From: an uncultured Candidatus Rokubacteria bacterium
GTDB taxonomy: Bacteria; Methylomirabilota; Methylomirabilia; Rokubacteriales; DASRDR01
Assembly (NCBI GenBank): GCA_963708025.1
Contig: CAVPSB010000025.1
Span: 1 to 64,000 of the forward strand
Reading direction: 5' to 3'
DNA length: 64,000 nucleotides
Part shown: positions 57,396 to 64,000 of the stretch, in pieces
Layout of the letters: the number at the start of each line of letters is the position of its first letter
How positions within the stretch are numbered: the first letter of the stretch is position 1
Program-made: the position numbers and the translations under genes
The notes under the pieces: generated by a model
Told to the model about the DNA's origin: nothing
The model's input: only the letters and a program-made list of their open reading frames with translations
Database searches by the model: none

Positions 57396-57989
57396 ATGGC
57401 TGAGATCCTGTGCTTCTCCTGCACGCACTTCGCGCCCGCCCTCGACCCCAACATCGCCAAGGCGTTCGTCGGCGGGTGCAAGAAGTGGGAGGCTCCGTTC
57501 ACGCTGATCCTCAAGGAAGGCGTGACCGAGTGCCCCCTGTACGAGAAGGGCGCCCGCGTCCACCGGCCGGCCGCCGCGGCCGCCGCCGTCGGCCCCGTCG
57601 CCAAGGCCCCGGCCCGTAAGCGTGTGGAGCTCTACTACTCCTCGAAGCACCGGCCGGGCGAGGCGTTCCCCTTCTCGACGGAGCGGGCGCTCGAGCTGCT
57701 GGGCCGGCTCCGGGCCAAGGGCATCGAGGCCGAGGCCCGGGACCTGAGCGAGGCCCGCGACGTCTTCCCCGTCTACCACAAGGCGGTGACGGGGCCGAGC
57801 GCCGCCAAGCGCGCGGTCTTCGGCATGAAGGGCGCCCTGGAGGAGGACTTCGGCCGCCGGGTCCCCGCCCTCATGATCTTCGAAGGCGATCGCTATCCGG
57901 CCGAGGTCTTCCCCCGGATGGACCGCGAGCTGAACCGGGTCGTCGGGGTCGAGGAAGCGCTCGAGAAGCTGACGACGGGCGCGTCCTAG
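57396..57989 (+). CDS. Cys-motif hypothetical protein
   Basis: CFSCTHF..C..CPLY N-terminus. GGAGGAG RBS. Confidence 0.75.
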   Translation: MAEILCFSCTHFAPALDPNIAKAFVGGCKKWEAPFTLILKEGVTECPLYEKGARVHRPAAAAAAVGPVAKAPARKRVELYYSSKHRPGEAFPFSTERALELLGRLRAKGIEAEARDLSEARDVFPVYHKAVTGPSAAKRAVFGMKGALEEDFGRRVPALMIFEGDRYPAEVFPRMDRELNRVVGVEEALEKLTTGAS

Positions 57990-58092
57990 TGCCGTTCCAA
58001 CTTCATGAGCCGACATGGACACGCGATTCTTGAAGCACCGACGTGCCGCACTCCTCGAAACCATTAGCTGGAACGAGTTGGAACGGCACTAG
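57986..58092. mobile_element. MITE-like element, 107 bp
   Basis: 17-bp perfect terminal inverted repeat CTAGTGCCGTTCCAACT / AGTTGGAACGGCACTAG. Confidence 0.8.
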
Positions 58093-58122
58093 CCCGACCG
58101 CGCGCGAGAAAGAGGCGACGTC

Positions 58123-59781
58123 ATGGGCCAGATCCCCGCGGCCTATCTCCCCCCCCGGGAGCTGTGGCCGGAGCGCATCTACACGCTGCCCGAGCACCGG
58201 AGCTATCCGCAGCGCCTGAACTCGACCGAGGAGCTGGTGGACCGCCACGTGGCGGACGGACGCGGGGACCGGGTCGCGATCCTCTACGAGGATCAGAAGC
58301 TCACCTACCGGCAGCTCCAGGGCTCGATCGACCGGCTCGGCAGCGCGCTTCGCGGCCTCGGGATCGAGGAGGAGGACCGGGTGCTTCTCCGCGCCCCGTC
58401 GATCCCGCCCGCCCTCGTCGCCAACTTCGCCGTCATCAAGATCGGGGCCGTCATCGTGCCGACCTCGCCGCTCTTCTCGCGGGCCGAGATCGCGCACGTG
58501 GCCGAGAACACCGAGGCGGTGGCCCTGATCGTCGCCGCGCCGCTCATGGCCGAGGTCGAGCAGGCCAAGGCCGAGCTGCGGCGGATCAAGCACGTCATCG
58601 TGATCGGCGGTGACGCCGCCGAGATCAAGGGCAAGGGGTACATCCCCTACGGCGAGCTGATCGCGAAGGGGAGCGAGCGGTGCGAGCCGGCCCGCCGGGA
58701 CCGGGATGCGGTATCGGTGCTCCTGTACACCTCGGGAACGACCGGGCTGCCGAAGGGGACCGTCCACTTCATGGAAGAGGCCCTGACCGTCCCCGACGGC
58801 TTCGCCAAGTACGGCTGGCGGGTCACGGCGGACGACGTGATCGGCGGGCCGGCCCCGCTCTCTTTGGCCGCGGGCTATTCCACCCAGGCGGTGATCCCGT
58901 TCCGCTTCGGCGCCGCCGCCTCGCTCCTGCCCCGCTTCACGCCGGAGGGCATGTTCGAGCAGATCCAGAAGCATCGGATCACGGTCGTCTCGATCCTGCC
59001 GACGGCCTACCGCAAGATGATGCAGGTGCCGAACGCCCGCCAGACCTACGACCTCTCGTCGGTCCGGATCTGCACCGGCGGCGGGGAGTCGCTCGGAGCG
59101 GAGACCTACCACCGCTGGAAGGAGACCTTCGGGCTCGAGATCTACGAGGGGCTGGGCACGACCGAGATGATGTATGTCTTCGTCTCCTCGGCCGTGACCC
59201 GCCGCGTCAAGCCTGGCGCCATCGGACCGGCGGTGCCGGGTTACGAGGTCAAGGTCCTGACCGAGGACGGGGCCGATGCCAAGGCGGGGGAGGTCGGGCT
59301 CCTGATCGCCCGGGGGCCGACCGGCACCGTGTACTGGCGCGACCCGGACAAGCAGAAGTCGGCCGTCCGGAACGGCTGGTGCCGCGCCGGGGACTTCGTG
59401 ACGATGGACGAGGACGGCTACGTCTGGTTCATGTCGCGCGAGGACGACCTCATCAAGTCCTCGGGCTACCGGATCGGTCCCGAGGAGATCGAGGACGCGC
59501 TCGCCCGGCATTCCTCGGTGGTCGACGTCGGCGTCATCGGCGTGCCGGACGCCGTGCGGGGTCAGAACACCCGGGCCTACGTGGTGCTGAAGGCCGGGAT
59601 CCAGCCGTCGGAGGCGCTGAAGGTCGAGCTGGTCGAGTTCTGCCGGGACAAGATCGCCGTGTACAAGCTGCCCCGGGAGATCGAGTGGGCCGGCCAGCTC
59701 CCCCGGGCCCCGGGGCCCGCCGGCCCCGGAACCGGCAAGCTCCTCCGCCGCGTCCTCCGCGAGAAGACCCCGGCGCGATAG
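58123..59781 (+). CDS. Aryl/acyl-CoA ligase (benzoate/2-aminobenzoate-CoA ligase-like)
   Basis: YTSGTTGLPKG, EGLGTTE, GD, REDDLIKSSGYRIGPEEIE, TGKLLR. Confidence 0.9.
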   Translation: MGQIPAAYLPPRELWPERIYTLPEHRSYPQRLNSTEELVDRHVADGRGDRVAILYEDQKLTYRQLQGSIDRLGSALRGLGIEEEDRVLLRAPSIPPALVANFAVIKIGAVIVPTSPLFSRAEIAHVAENTEAVALIVAAPLMAEVEQAKAELRRIKHVIVIGGDAAEIKGKGYIPYGELIAKGSERCEPARRDRDAVSVLLYTSGTTGLPKGTVHFMEEALTVPDGFAKYGWRVTADDVIGGPAPLSLAAGYSTQAVIPFRFGAAASLLPRFTPEGMFEQIQKHRITVVSILPTAYRKMMQVPNARQTYDLSSVRICTGGGESLGAETYHRWKETFGLEIYEGLGTTEMMYVFVSSAVTRRVKPGAIGPAVPGYEVKVLTEDGADAKAGEVGLLIARGPTGTVYWRDPDKQKSAVRNGWCRAGDFVTMDEDGYVWFMSREDDLIKSSGYRIGPEEIEDALARHSSVVDVGVIGVPDAVRGQNTRAYVVLKAGIQPSEALKVELVEFCRDKIAVYKLPREIEWAGQLPRAPGPAGPGTGKLLRRVLREKTPAR

Positions 59782-59867
59782 GCCGGCAGCCGTCTCCGCG
59801 CTGGCCGGGGGGCCGTCGTCAGCCGGTGTCCCCGAGCCGCCGGCCCAGGACGTAGAGCCGGAACCCG

Positions 59868-60449
59868 TCAGGCAGCTCGAGGCTGGCCAGCTCCGCGAAG
59901 CCCTGCCGCTGGTAGAACCCGAGGGGGCCGGCGCCACAGAAGAGATGCACGCCCGGCGCGTCGGTCTCGCGCAGCGCCCCCAGGATACCGCTCGACCAGC
60001 GCCGTGCCGAGGCCTCGACCGCGGGAGCCGGCGGCGACGTTCATGTGGAGGTGTGCCGGGTAGCGGGCGGACAGGGTCGCCAGCAGGTCGGGGGGGAAGC
60101 GCTCCTCGACGGCGTGGGCGAGCCCGAACGCGCGACGGACGAAGCGGCGCGTGTTAACGGTCCAGCCATAGCGCCCGGCGGCCACCCGGGCCAGGAGCGG
60201 GAGCGTGATCCGGAAGGCGCGGGCCCGCTCGAAGGCGGCGGAGTCGGGGCAGCCGGTCAGGTAGCCGACGAGCCCGCCCCCCTCCTCGGCCACGAGAGCC
60301 CAGCCCGGCGCCAGCCGCTCGTACGCCCCGATCCACACCTCGGCGAAGAAGGCCCACCGCCTCGGCTCGATCGGGTTACCGCCATCCCCGGTCTGGCAGC
60401 ACAGCCTCCGGATGGCAATCCAGTCGCCGGGATGCGCCGCCCGAACCAC
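59868..60449 (-). CDS. GNAT acetyltransferase (frameshift near 59980)
   Basis: YPAHLHMNV..RGRGLG. FYQRQGF is in an alternative frame. Confidence 0.8.
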   Translation of the reverse strand: MVRAAHPGDWIAIRRLCCQTGDGGNPIEPRRWAFFAEVWIGAYERLAPGWALVAEEGGGLVGYLTGCPDSAAFERARAFRITLPLLARVAAGRYGWTVNTRRFVRRAFGLAHAVEERFPPDLLATLSARYPAHLHMNVAAGSRGRGLGTALVERYPGGAARDRRAGRASLLWRRPPRVLPAAGLRGAGQPRAA

Positions 60450-60504
60450 CGCTGCGCGCCCGCGATGGAAGCCTCAGGACCTGTGCTAGTCGAAGACGGG
60501 GCGG

Positions 60505-60665
60505 GGCCGAGGAGCGAGCAGCGCTAGGACGCAGGGAGTCGCCCACCGCAGGCGTATGCCGCATACGCCGAGGATGGGCGACGACCGAGGACGACCATAG
60601 GTCGGGACGGACGCGAGGCCGTAGGCCGAGCGCGTCACGACCGAGATCGACGTTGCGAAGCTCAT
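60505..60665. repeat. Structured intergenic palindromic element
   Basis: Nested hairpins GTCGCCCA..GGCGTATGC/GCATACGCC..TGGGCGAC. Confidence 0.5.
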
Positions 60666-60677
60666 CGGCCCCGCCCC

Positions 60678-61658
60678 CTACAGCGTGCGGGCGCGGGAGG
60701 CGGCGCCTAGGAGCGGGGCGCGGGGGTCCAGGATGACGTGGACGGGAATGTTCCGGAGGACGGGGGCCATGCGCCCCTTCTCGGCGAAGGCGTCGACGAA
60801 CGTCGCCACCTTGAACGCCGACAGCATCTTCGGCGCGATGCCGCCCCCGACGAACACGCCGCCCACGGCCAGCGCCTTGAGCGCCAGGTTCCCGGCCTCG
60901 GCGCCGTAGAGCGAGATGAAGAGGACGACCGTCTCGGCGCAGACCGGATCCTTCCCGGCCAGCCCCGCCTGGGACACCACCGCGCTCGCGGTCCCCGCCT
61001 TGATCTCGTCGGTCAGCCAGGTCGGTTCCACGAGCTTCCGGTGGCGGCGGAGGAAGTGGTAGACGTTGAGGAACCCCGGCCCCGAGAGCACGCGCTCCCA
61101 GCTCACGTGGCCGAACTCCCAGCGCAGGAACTCCCAGAGCGCCGCCTCCAGCTCGTTGCGGGGGCCGAAGTCGGCGTGACCGCCCTCGGAGGCCATCACC
61201 CGGTGGACCTGGCCGTCCCACGGCATGATGGCCTCGCCGAGCCCGGTCCCGGCCGCGATCAGCGCCATCGTGCCGCCACCCTTGGGCGGAGTGCCCGGCT
61301 GGAGGGTGTGCACGGACTCCGGCGGGAGAACCAGCACGCCGTGAGCGGCGGCCTCCAGGTCGTTGAGAAGGCGCACCGGAGAGATGCCGAGGGCGCTCGA
61401 CACGGTGGCCTCGTCGATCTGCCAGGGCAGGTTGGTGGCCTTGGCCCGGCCGTCCACGACGGCGCCGGCCACGCCGAAGCAGGCGACCCGCACCGCCGGA
61501 CGCCCCACGGTTTCCAAGAACTTGGCGCCCAGCTCCTCGAGGCTGACCGCGCTGGCGCTCGGGTAGACCTCTTCGCGGACGAGGCTGAGGCGGTCGCCGC
61601 CCTCGTCGAAGACGGCGAGCACCGTCTTGGTCCCGCCAATGTCGCCGGCCAGGATCAC
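60678..61658 (-). CDS. glk: Glucokinase
   Basis: ILAGDIGGTKT, LLNDLEA, GTGLGEA, SEGGH, GGGIAPK. Confidence 0.95.
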   Translation of the reverse strand: MILAGDIGGTKTVLAVFDEGGDRLSLVREEVYPSASAVSLEELGAKFLETVGRPAVRVACFGVAGAVVDGRAKATNLPWQIDEATVSSALGISPVRLLNDLEAAAHGVLVLPPESVHTLQPGTPPKGGGTMALIAAGTGLGEAIMPWDGQVHRVMASEGGHADFGPRNELEAALWEFLRWEFGHVSWERVLSGPGFLNVYHFLRRHRKLVEPTWLTDEIKAGTASAVVSQAGLAGKDPVCAETVVLFISLYGAEAGNLALKALAVGGVFVGGGIAPKMLSAFKVATFVDAFAEKGRMAPVLRNIPVHVILDPRAPLLGAASRARTL

Positions 61659-61659
61659 C

Positions 61660-62745
61660 CTACTGGATCCTCCCCGCGTAGACTTGCTTGAGCCCCGCCT
61701 TCGGGATCGGCGTCGGCGCCGCGTCCACTATCTCGATCTTGTCGAGGCCGCCGTAGAACTCGTACCAGGGCTTGGCCCCCTTCCGCAGCACCTGGTTGAG
61801 GGCCTCGATGTTGCGCCGGCCGCGGTCCTTCAGCCACGCCTCCAGGGCCGCCGGCCCGCCCTTGCCGTAGGCGGGGATCCCGTCCTGCCAGGTGGCGCGT
61901 CCGCAGAGCACTCCGGCGAAGCCGACGCCGGCGTCGGCCGCCAGCTCGAGGGTCGCCCGGAAGATCTCGTCGGTCACGCCGGCGGAGAGGTAGATGAAGG
62001 GCCGCTTCGCGACGGCGGCCGCCTTGCGGAAGTGGTCCTTGGCCTCCTCCAGCGAGTAAGCGGCGGTGCCCTCGAAGGCCAGCGAGCCCTTGACGTACTT
62101 GACGTTGACCGGCACCTCGACCTTGAGGATGTCCACGCCGTACTGGGGCTTCGAGAACTCGATCATGTACCGGGTCACGTAGTCCGGCTTGACGCGGGCG
62201 AACTCGAGGCTCTTGTCGTCGAACTGGTTGTGGTACGAGACCGGCTCCAGGAAGAAGGGCGCGTCCCAGGCCGAGCACTCCGCGCCGACCCGCTCGATGA
62301 AGGCGTGCTTGATCTCGTTGACCTGCGGCGGATCGTCGGGGTTGTAGTAGAGGAGGATCTTGATGGCGTCGGCGCCGGCGGCGAGGAGGCGCGGCACCGA
62401 CCAGCCGTCCAGGAGATCCGGCAGGCGTCCGGCCTTGGTCGCGTCGTAGCCGGTCTTCTCGTAGGCCAGCAGCACGCCGGCGGTCGGCGCCTTGGCCCGG
62501 ACCGCGGGGATCCCGTACTCGGGGTCCATCAGGATCGCCGAGGCGTACGGCGTCAGGAGGCGTGTGCCCAGCACCTTGAACTCGGTCAGCTCGGCGTCGC
62601 TGGCATCGCCCCCCTTGGCCTTGGCGATCGCCTTCTTGAGCGAGCCCCGCTGGTCCATCGCCGCGGCGGCGATGATGCCGTTCTCGTCGGCGACGGCCTT
62701 GATGCCGTCGAACTTGCCCCGGGTCATCCGCACCTTCTGTGCCAT
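61660..62745 (-). CDS. lacD: Tagatose-1,6-bisphosphate aldolase (LacD family)
   Basis: AAMDQRGSL, LLAYEKTGYD, DILKVEVP, YLSAGV, GVLCGRATW. Confidence 0.9.
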   Translation of the reverse strand: MAQKVRMTRGKFDGIKAVADENGIIAAAAMDQRGSLKKAIAKAKGGDASDAELTEFKVLGTRLLTPYASAILMDPEYGIPAVRAKAPTAGVLLAYEKTGYDATKAGRLPDLLDGWSVPRLLAAGADAIKILLYYNPDDPPQVNEIKHAFIERVGAECSAWDAPFFLEPVSYHNQFDDKSLEFARVKPDYVTRYMIEFSKPQYGVDILKVEVPVNVKYVKGSLAFEGTAAYSLEEAKDHFRKAAAVAKRPFIYLSAGVTDEIFRATLELAADAGVGFAGVLCGRATWQDGIPAYGKGGPAALEAWLKDRGRRNIEALNQVLRKGAKPWYEFYGGLDKIEIVDAAPTPIPKAGLKQVYAGRIQ

Positions 62746-62824
62746 ATCCACCTCCGCACCCCCTCCCGACGGGGAGAGGGCAGGGTGAGGGGTGTGTCTA
62801 GGATCTGCTCCGTGTCATCGGCGG

Positions 62825-63583
62825 TCAGGCGATCGACGTCGTGAGCTGCGCGGCGGCGGCCCGGTCCACGAGCCAGACGAGCTCGCCGGCGTCCGGCCGG
62901 ATGCCCTGGGAGGGCAGTCGCTCGAGGGCGGGCGGCCCCTCCAGAACCTCGTGGAGCACCGACGCCTTGTCGGCTCCGGCGGCCAGGAAGACGACCCGGG
63001 CGGCCCGGTTCAGGATCGGGTAGGTCAGGGTGATCCGGTCGGCCTTGAACTTCGGGACGTGGTTCGCGACGACCCAGCGCCGGCGCTCGCCGAGCGCGGT
63101 GGTGCCCGGGAACAGCGAGGCGGTGTGGCCGTCGGGACCCATGCCGAGGAACACCAGGTCGAAGACCGGCGGGGTCCCGCCCGGCGTTCCCCCGAGGACC
63201 CGCGCGATCTCGGCTTCGTAGGCGGTGGCCATCGCCGCGTGGTCGTCCTTCTCCGCCTCGATCCGGTGGGTCCGCGCCGGCGTGATCGGCACCGCGTCCA
63301 GAAGGCTCTCCCGCGTCATCCGGTAGTTCGAATCCGCGTGATCCGGCGGCACGCAGCGCTCGTCGCCCCAGAACAGCTCGACCCGGTCCCACGGCACGGC
63401 CGACCGCAACGGCTCCCGGGCGAGGAGCTGGAAGAGCGCCTTCGGCGTCGAGCCGCCGGACAGCGCCACGGTGAAGCGACCGCGCGCCTCGACCGCCTCG
63501 CGGGCCAGGGCGGCGAACCGCTCGGCGCCGACTCGGGCGACCGCTGCCGCGTCCTCGACCACCTGAATGGTGCGACCACTCAT
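62825..63583 (-). CDS. pgl: 6-phosphogluconolactonase
   Basis: ALSGGSTP, WGDERCVPPDHADSNY, LGMGPDGHTASLFP, RITLT. Confidence 0.95.
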   Translation of the reverse strand: MSGRTIQVVEDAAAVARVGAERFAALAREAVEARGRFTVALSGGSTPKALFQLLAREPLRSAVPWDRVELFWGDERCVPPDHADSNYRMTRESLLDAVPITPARTHRIEAEKDDHAAMATAYEAEIARVLGGTPGGTPPVFDLVFLGMGPDGHTASLFPGTTALGERRRWVVANHVPKFKADRITLTYPILNRAARVVFLAAGADKASVLHEVLEGPPALERLPSQGIRPDAGELVWLVDRAAAAQLTTSIA

Positions 63584-64000
63584 GGGTGTAAGCTCCCAGC
63601 CATCGCGCACGCCACCGCGAGGGTGTCGTGGAAGAGAGGGTCCGGCGCCAGGTCGGAGAGCTGACGGGCCACCATCGCCGCCCGGGAGCCGATCGGTAGC
63701 GCCAGACTGCGGCTCCCGCCGGCCGGGCTGTCGCTCCGGACCGTGAGCCGGCCTTCTCCGAGGCTCTCGGCGACCACCGGCGCCGCCGGGCGACCCGGCG
63801 TCGGGGTCAGGCGCAGCGATCGGATCTCCGGCGGCCCTTCGGGCAACCGCCGGATCGTCACTCGCAGGGGCCCGCTCCCCGTCGTGAAGCGCCACGACAC
63901 CTCGGTGCCCGCCGCCACCTTGCCGGCTTCCGCCTTCCAGCCCAGCCGGCAGGCGAGCCAGCCGACGAGGAGCCACGCCTGGGTGAGCCCGTGAGGCCCG
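63580..64000 (-). CDS. opcA: OpcA (G6PD assembly protein) C-terminal part, truncated by window edge
   Basis: AWLLVGWLACRLGW..RQLSDLAPDPLFHDTL. ATGA-coupled to pgl. Confidence 0.75.
   Translation of the reverse strand, partial: GPHGLTQAWLLVGWLACRLGWKAEAGKVAAGTEVSWRFTTGSGPLRVTIRRLPEGPPEIRSLRLTPTPGRPAAPVVAESLGEGRLTVRSDSPAGGSRSLALPIGSRAAMVARQLSDLAPDPLFHDTLAVACAMAGSLHP

Overview
High-GC bacterial chromosome segment. The gene families and intergenic palindromes suggest Ca. Rokubacteria/Methylomirabilota, which is an inference. There are four zones. (1) 1-23.9 kb is an accessory surface/glycan region with glycosyltransferases, a secreted FN3/FG-GAP protein behind a c-di-GMP-I riboswitch, small signalling genes and several sigma54 promoters. 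It also holds the main discovery candidate: a sigma54-driven, lasso-type RiPP operon (RRE, GMC oxidoreductase plus small subunit, HPr-kinase-like kinase, B2 peptidase, nucleotidyltransferase, AMMECR1/helical-toroid protein, three tandem precursor copies) with no lasso cyclase anywhere in the window. (2) dnaA with DnaA boxes and no dnaN behind it. (3) A decayed ~8.7 kb island integrated at tRNA-Met (51-bp att repeat, arm-type sites, broken integrase, RES-Xre TA pair, nested IS fragments). (4) 35-64 kb is mostly core genes (iscA, moaDE, tilS, degP, OmpA fusion, aspartase, apgM, CoA-transferase/ligase cluster, glk-lacD-pgl-opcA). Several single-base frameshifts, including one in the normally essential tilS, suggest sequencing indel errors. 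All calls come from reading motifs by eye; no searches were run.
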